Assembly: GCF_964204645.1 (NCBI RefSeq)
Contig: NC_134036.1
Coordinates: 1,054,001-1,118,000 of the forward strand
DNA: 64,000 bases
Direction: 5' to 3'
Source: Tubulanus polymorphus
Taxonomy: Eukaryota; Animalia; Nemertea
Below the pieces are notes generated by a model that had not been told where the DNA came from, made no database searches, and was given only the letters and a program-made list of their open reading frames with translations. Each line of letters begins with the position of its first letter. Position 1 is the first letter of the stretch. Made by a program: the position numbers and the translations under genes. Positions 42,568 to 56,600 of this stretch are shown piece after piece.

Positions 42568-45500
42568 CTAATTGAGGGTCATATAAGTGTCGAATCCGTG
42601 GAAGTTGAATATCACAAGGTCATGCAGCAACTTGTATTGTTCCTAAAAATGAAAAAAAGTTATATCAATAACTGACACTATCAATTCTTTCTAAGAGCAT
42701 TTTGAAGTTAATTTCTTACCAAATTTGGAATGAATTGAGGTCGTGTCATTCGTAGTTTTTGTACAGAGTGATAGATATCGATTTGCTCGCTAGATGGCAC
42801 CTTGGTGATCAGTTCAAATGCCGCACAAAATAGCCCCGTTCTCGTGGTGCTGTTCCTGTAAAATTTGCATAATCGATAAATATGTGATGGAGTTTTGAAT
42901 AAATGATTGATGTTACTAAGATACGAACATGCAATGTACAACAATAGGACTGGTCACGTGTTCTCTTGTAACTAACTTCACAAACTCGAATAGATATTGT
43001 AAATCAGGAACTGACTTATCCTCAGGCCATCCTAAAAACTGGATCTGACGAATCCGACGCGATTCCTGTAGTGAAATATAGGCTAACATGCATTGTTATG
43101 TTAAATAATGTTAATGGTAATGTTAAATAGCAATGTCAATGAAGGATAATTTCGTAAAATGCGGCCATCTTTCTCTGAACATATGGCTATCGAAAATAAA
43201 TCAACCTACATTCTGTTTTTGGAGGATCAAATCCCGACGAACGATGGTCTTACAGGGCAATTGAACTTCCTTAACGGTGATCGTAAAAGGACCGAATTTG
43301 ATACTTCCAACTGCAGGATAATAGCTTGCATATGTCTGAAATCAAAAGAAATCTTAAATCTTAGAAAAAGACATCTGCAAAGCAGTGCTAGACATTGGAG
43401 TAAGCCTTACCGGATCTTGTGGATATTCTTGATGCATCATTACGATAAGTTCACAGTTATAGTCAAAGATCATTTGCCAGAAGTCAGTAATTGTCTTTTG
43501 TAGAGGACTTTGTGTTGCTATAAACACGTTGTCATTTGTGATCGTCTGTAAAAAAGAAAGTATTTACATCAGTCAGGTTCTTACATCTTATCGATATCTC
43601 AACTAAAGAATTTCTAGGCCTTTTCTATCTCAGCCCAGATATTCCATGGATGGCTATGAAATCATAATCAAACTCACGTGCACAAATGAAGCATTGATGA
43701 ACCCTTTATGTGAGAGTTGCGGTTGATACTGTGCCTCAGGAAGGATGTCTTTGTATCGAGACTTGTTAACATTGTTGAGTAGTTTGGCCACTGCTAGTGA
43801 TTCCTCGTCTTGAATTGGAGTCGATGCCTTGAACACCTGTATTAATTAATAGAAGCTCAGTGAAAAAATTGTTTCCTCAAAACCAAACCAAGATGAAACA
43901 ATTTGGACCCCGAAGGAGGAACGATTTGGTCTCTAGTTTAACTTGGTCCGTGGATTAATTGCTGCCATCTTAATGTATGTTCTCAGGCTTCGAAACCTTC
44001 ATCTCATTTTGGCCGATCTTAATACGTACAAGAAATTGTTCCTCTATTTTATCAGACACGTTTTTAGATACTGGTCGCGTTGCCTTTCTTTCCTCGTATG
44101 ATTCTCTGAAACTCGTGGTCGTGTATGCCACTGGTCCCAGTATCAGTTCCTCCAGTAGAATCTGGTGCACGAGAATGTACTGTTTCTGAAGTAGATAGTA
44201 ATAAAGGAACACGTTGAAGTTATCCATTTTGGAAGCGTGAAATGAGAGGCAGTAACTTTGTTAAGATTTACCATATTTTGGATCATTTCTGGTCTTTGTT
44301 GTCGTAATTTCCTAAACATGTCGAATACGTTAACGAGTCCATCTTTCTTAGCTTTTTCAAGAAGCTGCTCCGTTGCGATATAACAACCTGTCCTTCCAGC
44401 ACCAGCACTGAGAACACAACACAAACAATAACATTTCTACACGTCTCCTTAACGGTAAAGGACTGGAAGATTTTCGAATTAATTTACCTGCCATGAATCA
44501 GCACAAGTCCCTGATCCGGGTCGGTAAGACGCTGTTTGATGAACTGTTGCATACGAACAACAGATGAAGCCGGGAACGGTACACCATGATCCGGCCATCC
44601 TCGATAGTGACAAACTAACAGATTATGTGCTTGTTTGTGGCCACGCTATAAAATACATCTAACGTTACTCATCGAGAGAGAGACTGGTTATAGATACTGC
44701 TTATGTGATACAATGTAACATCGAAACAAAACCTCATCATAAAATGTTGTCATATTGATGTTTACACGTATGAAGTCGTTTGAAATTACAGATAACAGCA
44801 CTTATATAGGTCACTAGGTGCCATGGTGAAACAAGAGTATGATCATTACCTTTGTAATCGATAGGAAATGAACCACTGCCGGAGGCTCAGTGTGTTTTTC
44901 CATTTTCTCTGCAACTGTCACTGTAATATCTCCATATCGACCTATTGCATCCAGTTTTGTTGGCCAATATCGATGACATTTCACCTGCAATTGGAATATG
45001 AAGAGACACATTTTTCCTAATTCTCTTGTTTACACAGAAGCATCTGAAAGCAATTTTTGCCGCCACCTTCTTATCTTTGCCTTGTCCTTCAGTAAGATCA
45101 GTAAGTACAATAATAGCCGGACATTTCTCTTGCCAAATCATCCGCCAATGGTCATTGATTGTAGATAGCAATGGAGCTGAAAGAGCAAGTTAGATGAGCG
45201 CATAAGTAACATAAACATATAAAATATGGGAAAGATAACAAGACTTACCCTGGCAAGCAATGCATATCAAATGACCAGTTAATCCCTGAAAATGAGATAT
45301 CCATATCATCTACAACATCATCATATGCACATGACAAAAACTTCTCAAGAACAGAAGGATTGATTCCTTACCCGAATATAATTGGCATTGATGTAATCTG
45401 ATGTTGGTTCTTCACCGGTTTGTTCCAGAACAACTCTAGTCGAATCATCTAGAAAAACAACACAAAATTAAGTCAATAGAACGACAAAAACCTGGAGAGA

Positions 45501-48500
45501 TGTTGTATGCGATAGAACGTATTTGGACATGATCACCAGGTAATACTTACAGGCCAATATGTTTGGAAACCTGTTTTTCTCAAGATTTTCCACTTTCTCA
45601 GCGCACTCGCTCAATCCTCGTCTCAACCTGAGAACACTCTACAGACAAAATAGATCCAAAAAATAATCCCATGTCTTACCGACGAGCAGTCCCAACTTCC
45701 CAGCAATTCTACCTGAAATTCTTCATCCATATTCTTCCACTCATCAGAGGTCTTCATTAAGGTCTCTCCCAACAGGTCACAAATCATAGTAGCGCCTTTA
45801 GAAGCGATTTCGTAGTGATGATCCTCGCCATCTTGCTTACCGTTTACTGGTCTCGGATCGTCATAGATATTGAAATACGCGGAGCTTTCTGTATAGAGAG
45901 GAACCATTAGTGTTCAAACATTGGGCTTCAACTTTTCAAAATCAAAAAGCTTTATTAGACAAACCTCTTGAAAATGTAGAATTTACAAAAGCAGTATTTT
46001 CCTGTCTTGGGATACCCTTCAATCTTGCCAATGGTTTACCAATTATTTTATCGGAAGGTGAAATATTCACTATGGATATTTCTGCATTGTGCGATGTTTC
46101 TTTAGTTTTGAATCCACCGCGTCTGGAAGATGTAAAAACGTTAAGGCATCTAATTGAGGGGTAACTCAATGAGATATTTTTGGTGAATAGAGGGGAATCG
46201 GGCCATTTTCAAATGATGAAATATATGCATTGTATTATAGAGGTCGCCACTATTCACTCGTACCTCCAAACTATAACCAGAACAACAGCCACCAATAAAA
46301 GTATTAAAACTGCTGCAACAACGCCACCTATTATCCCTGCATTATTAGACGGTGCTTTAACAGTGATTCTCTCTTGCTGTTCTATTGGTGGATAATGCCG
46401 AAATATTTCCTGAACAATGGAAAAGAATTGATTGAAGTCATCTTCGAATTGTAAACTAGAATTTATATTTAAAGACAATATGAACTCACTCCGTAATAAT
46501 TCTCAACGATTCCTAAAATAAAACTGTAAGATTTCCCAGTTTCTAGAGGAGCATTAAAGTAACCACTATAGTTACGTGTATCACCAACTATAAACTCAGA
46601 AGGCTCTTTCGGTGGTAGAAATGCTGCAGTAATATAAACTGATAATCCTCGCTGTTTAGCTTTTTCGTACGAGACGTACTGTGATTGGTTGACTGTACGA
46701 TTATGGCGACGGTTGATTGGTCCATCGTGTTTCTTCACGATCACCTCGTAACCGCTGCAAATCATCAGATAAAAATTGTTTTCTTAAATCATGCATTATT
46801 TATAGATGAAAATAAGAGGACACTTACGTAATGTTACCAGTGTTATTAACGCGTGGTATTTGAAGTGTAACAGTCGTGTCTGTTACCGCTGTCTTCTTGA
46901 TAACCAGTTTAGGAATTGTTATTTTACCTGAAATTGAAGAATAAAGCTGTTGACACGTGACTTCAATGGAAACTTGAGGTTGCTGTTTTAACAACTTACC
47001 CGTTGTCCAGAAGCTTACACTGGCAGGCAAACTTTCGCCTTTACTAGTTGAGGCAAAAATTGAACAGTTGTATTGAGTAAAAGGTATCAGTGATGTCGTT
47101 ATGTTTATAGTCGTGGTGGAGCCTTCGATTTCAGGTTTGTTGAATGTTTTTCTTTCTGATAAAGGTGTTGTGGAAGTTGAACTGATGGGTTCACACGTGA
47201 GCTGAAAACAGAAAGGAGACATGTTTAAGTATAGAGCAGGTGGTGCCCTCTACTGGTCAGGACAAGAGAATTCCTACACGATAATTAGTGATATCACCAT
47301 TGGGACGGTTTGGTGGTGTCCATGTCAATGTAGTGTTCAATGTATCCCTTGTGAATGAGAAGTCGAGAGAAGCGGGAGGTCCTGGTACTGAAATAAATAC
47401 CACAGACACATTTAACGTATACAATACAATTCTGCGATTCTCCAACATGTCGTTTTACTTACTTCCAACCTGCGTCAAAAAGTGAACTTTTTTACTCCAT
47501 GGTCCCCAACCCTTTTTGCCTTGTGCCATTACCTATGATGTATCACATTGCTTTAATTTCAATGCATTGTTGAGAAAAGCGAGATTTATAAATTCGCACC
47601 TACCTGGCAACCATACCATTTGTTTTGTGTGAGTCCAGTCACTGTTTTTGTAAGCACAGTTGGTTCAACATCCTCCCTTATAAATTCCTGAATTTGATCA
47701 GAATTATTTTTAGTGGCGTTGCCACACATGAAATTATATTTGATAATTCTTGCTAACGGAGGAACAGGAGAACTCCACGCGAATATGATACTGTTTGGAG
47801 CAGCTGATCGAGCTTCAGGGATCGGTACACCTGGAACTGAAATGTATAAACACATCAAGTTTCTCAAGGTTCATTTATGGATTCATTCCTCAGATTTGAG
47901 GACAGATGAGTTGAATTTCGAAAACTCACCAGCTTCGTCAGTTGTGAATATTTTGCTTGGAGATTCTTCACTGGAACCTTTACTGTTCACCCAGTTATAC
48001 GTCAATTCATACTCTGTAAACGGAATCAGTTTATCTATTCTGAACTGTTTATTCGATGTCGTTCCATCTTTAACAAGTTTCATCGTATCTTTCTCCAGTA
48101 ACTTGTATCTGTAATGTTTGAGAGGTCCGTGTTGGTTTTCACACGCCAAATCCTTGAAAGTGGCATCAATATAAGTGTCTGGCTTGGATACGCTATTTGG
48201 AATAGTCTCAACAGTGACATCAGCCAAGTCAGGTTTACCAGTTGGTTCTGTAACATTGAGGGAAATATTTATTGGTTACAACCGCATTTTTATATCAATC
48301 GAATTTATTTCATAAATCTACAACTAACCAGACTGAAGAGTTATCCCGGTAACAGTCCTCTTGTTTAGATCTAAGCCACCAGCCGAGGTTTCGGCCGAGA
48401 CCGTGATTTCATATTCCGCATAAGGCTTTAACCCAGTGAATACATGTTCTACAGCAGTATTTGATGAAAGTGAAATCTCTTTAGGTTCACCGCCCTGTGC

Positions 48501-51500
48501 TGGAGTCGGACAAGTTTTATATCTGAGAAGTTTGTACCACAATCTGTATTGAATGATAATTCCATTTGGTTTATCAGGTGTAGAACATGTGACTCTGAAG
48601 CCGCTGTTTGTTTGCCGGGACACAGTGAGTGACGTCACAGGTCCAGGAGCTGAAGTAAATGGAAAAATGGCAAATGCGATCAAAATATCTGTGACCAAGA
48701 GTGACGGACGGTTAACTAACCAGTGCTGGAACAGTGTAGTGGGTGTCTGGGATCCTAAGTAAGATCTTTCTTTTAAATTACCTGAGTCTCTATGATAAAA
48801 ATTTGGAAGATCTGTCTCTAATTTCAGATTACCTGCAGTCGGCGTTTGGTAATTTATAGTTTGGTTGTAGATAAACTTCTGAGTGACGTCATTCTTTACA
48901 CCAACTCTAACTTCATAATCAGTGTATGGTTCTAGTCCTGTTAGTGTGTGGCCGGTAGGTTGCGCCACAGTTGTGGTCCATGTTTGTCCGTTCAGTTGTT
49001 TATATTTGACTTGATAAACAGTTTTAGTGACGTCACACTGTAACTGCGCAGCAGTTAAAGCCTGCAACATAATGATAATTCACTACGTAGTAGTCAAATG
49101 AAACACTCTAATCGGTGTACGCTATTCGAAGAAGTCCCACAATGCGAATTGTATATGAAACAACTCATTAAAACAAAACCACAACGGCTATGGACTATAA
49201 CAGCGCACATCAGGTGAAATGACCAGAAAACCTCTTAATTATCAACGTATTAATGAACATAGATTAGATATCAGTTATCAAATGCATGACAGTGGGATTG
49301 CAAACCTTGCTTTTACAACCGACCACCAATTTGACTTTCAGAATTCGAAACTCATTTATCCTTGCAAAGACATCCATAAGAGACACATAGTTGAATCAGC
49401 CCTTTTTTGTAAACTTTCGAAATCCAACATAACTTCCATCATCCGGCCACATAATCAATTATTATCTTGAGATATCAACTCTCTACTAGATTTTGGTTAA
49501 TGTCACTTTGTGTCACACTGCCTTCTCCGTCATCTTCTACTCCTCCGGGGCCGGTTCCATAGTCAAGGCTTAAAATAAGTCTAGTCTTAAGTAATTTTTT
49601 TTCTTAAATCCTCTAAGATCGACTTAACTAAGTTAGTCTTAATTTTGCGTTCCAAAGAGTGGTCTTAGTCTAAGACCAGACTTAAGATTTAAGACCACTT
49701 TTTGGGCATAATTCTCGGAACCGGCCCCTGGTCTACTTCATTTAGTTACATAATTGTATTCATCCTTAGAATTAAATTGTGGTTTCTACGGTAACCCTGG
49801 TTGTTTTCATTTGTCATCTATTCTGTTTACATTTATTCTGACACATCGCTTTTGTTAATGTCCTGTAAGTTTATATGCCAGATGCAACGTTACTTCTGTT
49901 TTCTGGTCATTCCACCTGATAATGGCTGTTAGTCAACAGCCGAAACGTTGAGGTTCCGTTTTGATAAATTGATACATTGCATAAAAATTCGAATTTTGTG
50001 GGACTTCTTCGGTTAATTTACAATATGTCTGTATCGTGTCTCAGTGAAAGAGAAGGTTCACATGCAATTGGATTTATGTAATTCTGGTTGAGGCACACTT
50101 ACGGTCCACGCAAGTATGAGATTGGTTGTCTGGGGCCACGTGTTACTGTTCTCAACCGCTGTGGACACCACACGAACATCTTTAGGACCGTTTAATGGAT
50201 CTACAGTAAAACAAACATGTTAAACACAATTCTGTGTTTGAATTGATGATTAAGAGTTTATTAGAATGAGGGGTTTTTACCTGCACACAAAGTCTGTACA
50301 TTTAGTACTGGACTAGTCAGACTCGCAGTTGATACAAGTTGACTGTTCCCTAATTTCTGTAGTCTAACAGCTATCTTATACCCAGTATCAGGAGTTAAAC
50401 CAGTAATTGTGTGATGTGTAAGGACTCCTGCAGATTCCTGATTAGTCCAAGTGTTTTCTGATATCTTACGATAATCGACTTGATAATGGACGCTGACAGT
50501 ACCACGTCCTGAATCTACTACAGAACCCGAGTAAGCTGTCCAACTGACTTTTACACTGTAATCTGTCAGCGCATATTTTGTCAATGGAGAAAACAATTTA
50601 AATTCTGAAAAAGAAAATTGATTTGTATTGAAGTTTCATGTATATATTACTTTCGGTCATTTCTGATTCATATTGGTTACTATATTTCGGGAAAAGGAAG
50701 TGAGTTTAATTCTGAAAAACAAATCGATGTTAAATTTAGGTGAATCAAATAAAATGAAGTGTAAGGATCTTTTACTTCCGGTCATTTCTGATTCATATTG
50801 TTTAATATATTCAGGGAATAGGGAGTGAGATTCCAGGAATCTATGATTCAGTGTAATATACCTGACTCGCACCACTTTCCGATGTAATTCTGTGAACAGC
50901 CGGATTGACAGGTACCATTCAAATAGTTACAACTTTCACTGTTGTAACATGGATAACATTCAATCATACATCCAAATGAGTTCGATCCCTTACTGCAATC
51001 ACCGGGTGCTAAACAGACATTTTAAACGTGATACGTAAATATGAATTGTTTGACATTCTTCCACGAGTCAATGAATATTTCTCAATCGACCTAATTTTTG
51101 TAATCTGTATAATGTATGATCAAATAGATTTCACAGAGGTAGTTATGAAAAACTTACCGATATATTTGAACCCGATAACTTCTATTTCTGCCAGTGCGAG
51201 ATACTCTGCTTTACCAATGTTCTTGTGTTGAACGGTGACGTATTGTCCAACTATAGGACCTGTGCTGCATGCTGATGTTTTATTTTTACCACAGAGAGGG
51301 GGCCCCTGGTAAGCACATATCGGGTTAGATGTAGAAATACTTGTATTGGTGCCATATTCATTTCCAACTCGAATCTCCATGTTGCGCGCGCGTTTTTCTG
51401 AGAAAAAATTAAGAAGCTTTGAAATATCGCAGTTTACTCCGTGAAAACAAAATTAATGCGCAAAATCAGAGAAGTTTAAAATTGCTTTGAGTGCAAAACA

Positions 51501-53645
51501 ATTCTGTTCAAGTTCTTTTGAAAAATAAGTAAAGAGGCCGTGCATAAAGTACGTACGCTTGACTTGCGGTTATTTTTAACCCTCCATCCCATGTATGTTT
51601 TTGATATCTCTCCGAGTACATATGAGAGAGAACCCTGTGAAACTGAATTTGTCAGGATTCATGCCCTAAACAAGAGTGGGAAATTACCAGGAAACCCCAC
51701 GAAATATAGGAGGCATTTGTAAAAATCACATTGTGTTTCGTGCAACTGTAAATATTAACCCCTAAGGAAAAGTATGTACACTTTGAGCTTCCCTTCTACC
51801 CCCCCCCCCCCACTACAGGCGCACGGCCCATAACACAAATTTATTGTTATCGACTGAAAATTTTCGGAAAAGTTGATTCAAAATTTTCCAATGACGTATT
51901 TTTTCAGACACATTGTTGTCGAACTGACTTCATTTACAGATTATTGATTATTGATGACTCAGAGTTCGATATTTCGGTAGAGTTCAATATTTCAACTCAT
52001 CTTGTTTAAACGTAGGGTAACTGAAAACTGTATGGAACTGAGTCCGGGATATTTATTTGTGATTCCTAGAATCGATCATTAATTGTTTGATTTTGAAGAT
52101 ATTTCATCTTTTAAAGGGAGTTTATATTCAAAGAGGCTTTTCGAGTTTAAAGTTGTATTTTTTTTCTATCAGATTTGACCGAATGAAATAATCAATGAAA
52201 TAATCAACAATAATAATTTATACTCACTCCACTCACTCCACTCAGCGGTGCAACCAGCCGCGTCTGTTCTATCCCAAAGTGTAACATTATGTACCACGTA
52301 TTGAGTTCCGAGATCAATTCTAATCCAGGCGTCTTGATCCGCTTCAGTGTGACAAATCTCTTTACCACCAATCCAAGTATTCGTAGCACTTACCGTCCGA
52401 CCATCTACACATTTACTACCGGAATGGGCATAGTAAGTGGATGACATTGTAACTGTTTTACCACGAGCCACGTTTCCTACAAAACACATTTTGTGTAGAA
52501 TCAATTTAGATTCAGCAGAAAATTATTTCATGATTTTTTTCGAAACATACATTTTATTTTTGTGATACACTTTTTCTTCACGCGATGAACCAATTAGAGT
52601 CTCAGTTTATTGAGTCGCAGCAGTTCCCCGGATGTTTCATGTCTGACATTTTTATCAACGAAAATCTGAATTATTTCAATAATTTATCACGCGAGGTATT
52701 AGAGTTAATCCGTTAATCTAAAAAAACTGGGGTTCAGTAATATAAAACCTGTGATCCCTATTAACTGGAGCAGAAACCTGACCCCGGTTTACTGGAGCAG
52801 AAACAGTTGATACAGAAAACTTACCGATTTGACAAGCTGGTCCGGTCCATCCTGGCGGTGTCCAGGGATACGGAATTTTTATTGTAGACTCACATGCAGT
52901 GTTAGGATTTGGACACGTTAAAGCGCCATCTATATTCTGACCCTTTATTGGACAAACGTCCAAGGCTGTATTACTGCAATGACACTCCCAACCAGTACAA
53001 CTCTTCCCAAAACATTTTGCTGAAATTACAAGACGAAATTATTTTACCAGAACAATTCTGACAGTGACTGTTTCTTTCTGTAGTTCTTCTCTGAACTCTC
53101 CACTCCCGACAATTGATAGTTGGAATCCTGACAGTGACAGAGTTTCTTTCTGTAGTTCTTCTCTGAGCTCTCCACCCCCGACAATTGATAGTTTGAATCC
53201 TGACAGTGACAGAGTTTCTTTCTGTAGTTCTTCTCTGAGCTCTCCACCCCCGACAATTGATAGTTTGAATTCTGACAGTGACAGAGTTTCTTTCTGTAGT
53301 TCTTCTCTGAGCTCTCCACCCCCGACAATTGATAGTTTGAATCCTGACAGTGACAGAGTTTCTTTCTGTAGTTCTTCTCCGAGCTCTCCACCCCCGACAA
53401 TTGATAGTTTGAACCCTGACAGTGACAGAGTTTCTATCTGTAGTTCTTCTCCGAACTCAACATCGCCGACAATTGCCTTGAAACCGATGGCACCTCTTAG
53501 GGCCGGGTCTGTTATAATAGCAGATTTATCATTTCTACGTTTCAACTAATGAATTATTATTGATTAACTCACCTGATGTGTTTGTGATGAATAAACACAG
53601 AATGAACAACAGCAGAAAACGAAAGATGTTTCTTTCACGGTACAT
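42568..53645 (-). CDS. Receptor-type PTP-like gene, copy B: SP-EGF-like-F-type lectin-EGF-about 6 FN3-membrane-proximal domain-TM-PTP D1(C>G)-PTP D2
   Basis: SP exon 53573-53645. Lectin exons ~52226-52476 and ~51158-51397. FN3 exons span ~47000-50603. TM ~46264-46409. D1 has WPDHGVP and HGSAGAGRTG (GGC codon at 44490-44492). D2 has HCMNSTTRTG. Last exon 42568-42642 ends ...DTYMTLN*. Confidence 0.87.
49200..49960 (+). mobile_element. Penelope-like retroelement 3' remnant in an intron of copy B
   Basis: ORF 49219-49470 QRINEHR...SGIA...DHQFDFQNSKLI...RHIVESAL resembles a PLE GIY-YIG C-terminus. A degenerate hammerhead CTGATAA-TGGCTGTT..AACAGCC-GAAACGTT lies at ~49916-49950. The segment is absent from the homologous introns of copies A and S. 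Confidence 0.7.
49547..49728. mobile_element. MITE nested in a Penelope-like remnant
   Basis: TIR GGGGCCGGTTCC / GGAACCGGCCCC with internal GTCTTAAG-type repeats. Confidence 0.7.
53056..53475. repeat. Same minisatellite, ~6 copies, in the homologous intron of copy B (about 1.3 copies at 39873-39965 in copy S)
   Basis: Same 72-bp unit at the same intron position. Confidence 0.95.
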
Positions 53646-56600
53646 TTTGTTTTGCGGAATGACGAGTTATGATATCATTTTTCTATGTGATTAACTTCCT
53701 TTGAATTTTCAAATAAATCATCTTAAAGGAAGTTTAAACTTTCAAAGTTCACAATTGCTAGTTTATTCTGTTCTGAGGGGGGGGGGGGGTAGAGGTAGGG
53801 AAGGAGGCCAGAACAGAACATCAAGGGTCACCGTTTAACACGATGAGTCTTACAACCGAGAAAACAAATCTTTGAAAAGTAAAACAGAAATTGTATCATC
53901 AAAAGAAAACTACACAGTTTAATTGATGGTGTTCTCAGTGAACACGATAGACTGGGCCCCCTTTCATGTAAAATGAGACAAACTATAGGTTTTTCCCCCA
54001 TATCAAACAAAATGATTATAAATATAGAAATATAGTCTTGGATAAGTAGATACTACAAAAGAAGTGTAAATAAAAAACTATAGATTATTTCTAAACATGA
54101 TATTGTGTGATCATTTAAAATCATGAATCATTACTTCCTAAATAACCCAGGACCCCACCTCTACATACTCTCCGCAAATAATATTTTCAGAAATAACTGA
54201 ACAAATTGATGCATAATATTTAGAGATAAACCGATTATTCGCACGGAGAGCAGGTGTGACAGACAGTTGTGTATATAGTAGTAACTTCATCAATAAACAG
54301 TGACCAACAGTGAAATGATATTGATAACAAAGAACAAGAAAATAACGAATAAAACCAGGATATTTTATAGAATATCATGTATTGCTTATTTACATTATAA
54401 TTGATACGATGAAAATAAAATTCATTCATTTATTAAAATTTATATCGAGGAGATAAATCAGAATTACTATAATACAAGTCTTCTTTATATTGAAAGTTCT
54501 TTACATATCATAAGCTGTCAATCATTCAATCATTATAAGCTGTCTCTATTTTATAAGCTGTCTCTTTTTTTAAGCTGCCTCTATTGTATAAGCTGTCTGT
54601 GCGCCTGTTTTAAAGTATCTCGTATCTTAAAACATATACACACGATGAAACCGCAGTAATCGTGGAATAGGGCTATAGGTCTATATACGAGAGCTACGTT
54701 AATCTTTAGGTACAAGAAATACGTGTATATTTTATATAAAGCAAAATAATGGCGAATTAGTTGCAAACAGAACCAAGTTAGTTTACACTTTTACTCCTTC
54801 AGTTCCAAAACTCAAGTCTTATTTAGTTGTTGTTTTTAGATCTATCAAAATGATTTCTTCATTTCTTCTCTTCAAGTAGTAATTCTAATTGAGGGTCATA
54901 TAAGTGTCGAATCCGTGGAAGTTGAATATCACAAGGTCATGCAGCAACTTGTATTGTTCCTAAAAATGAAAAAAAGTAATATCAATAACTGACACTATCA
55001 ATTCTTTCTTAGAATATTTAGAATTTAATTTCGTACCAAATTTGGAATGAATTGAGGGCGTGTCATTCGTAGTTTTTGTATACACTGGTAGATATCGATT
55101 TGCTCGCTAGATGGCACCTTGGTAATCAGTTCAAACGCCGCACAAAATAGCCCCGTTCTCGTTGTGCTGTTCCTGTAAAATTTGCATAATCGATAAATAT
55201 GTGATGGTGTTTTGAATAATTGACTGACGTTGCTAAAATACGAACATGCAATGTACAACAATAGGACTGGTGACGTGTTCTCTTGTAACTAGATTCACAA
55301 ACTCGAATAGATATTGTAAATCAGGAACCGACTCATCCTCAGGCCATCCTAAAAACTGGATCTGACGAATACGACGCGATTCCTGTGAAATCAAAGAAAT
55401 AAAATTAATCTGGCCAGGCAATGTTAAATAATGTTAATGGTAATGTTAAATAGCAATGTCAAAGAAGGGTAATTCCGTAAAATGCGGCCATATTTCTCTG
55501 AACTTGGCTACCGAAAATAAATCAACATACATTCTGTTTTTGGAGGATCAAATCCCGACGAACGATGGTCTTACAGGGCAATGAAACTTCCTCCACAGTG
55601 ATCGTAAAAGGACCGAATTTAATACTTCCAGCTCCAGGCCAATAGCTTGCATATGTCTGAAATCAGAAGATGTATTCTAGCAAAGGATCCCCGACCAAAC
55701 TTTCATACTTTTAGGAGATATATTATAGATAAGGCAATGGTAGAATAGGAGTAAGCCTTACCGGATCTTGTGGATATTCTTGATGCATCATTACGATAAG
55801 TTCACAGTTATAGTCAAAGATCATTTGCCAGAAGTCAGTAATTGTCTTTTGTAGAGGACTTTGTGTAGCTATAAACACGTTTTCATTTGTGATCGTCTGT
55901 AAAAAGGAAAGTAATTTCAATCAATCAGATTCTTACAACTCATGGATATCTCAACTGAAGAATTTCTAGGCCTAATGCCCCCTTTTCTCAGCCCAGATAT
56001 TCCATGGATGGCTATGAAATCATAATCAAACTCACGTGCACAAAAGAGGCATTAATGAACCCTTTATGTGAGAGTTGCGGTTGATACTGTGCCTCGGGAA
56101 GGATGTCTTTGTATCGAGACTTGTAAACATTGTTGAGTAGTTTGGCCACTGCTAGTGATTCCTCGTCTTGAATCGGAGTCGATGCCTTCAACACCTGCAT
56201 TAGAAAACAACTCATCGAGAAAATGTTTTCCTTAAAAAAAAACTAAGGAAGAACGATTTGGTCTCTAGTTTAATAAGGTCAGTGGATTCATTGCTGCCAT
56301 CTTAATGTATGTTCTCAGGCTTCGGGCCCTTCATCTCATTTTGGCCGATCTTAATACGTACAAGAAATTGTTCCTCTATTTTATCAGACACGTTTTTAGA
56401 TACAGGACGCGTTGCCTTTCTTTCCTCGTATGATTCTCTGAAACTCGTGGTCGGGTATGCCACCGGTCCCAGTATCAGTTCCTCCAGTAGAATCTGGTGC
56501 ACGAGAATGTACTGTTTCTGTGGTAAATGGTAATAAAACATATTGAAGAAGTTCTGGATCTTGAAAACGTGAAATGAGAGGCAGTAACTTTATTAAGATT

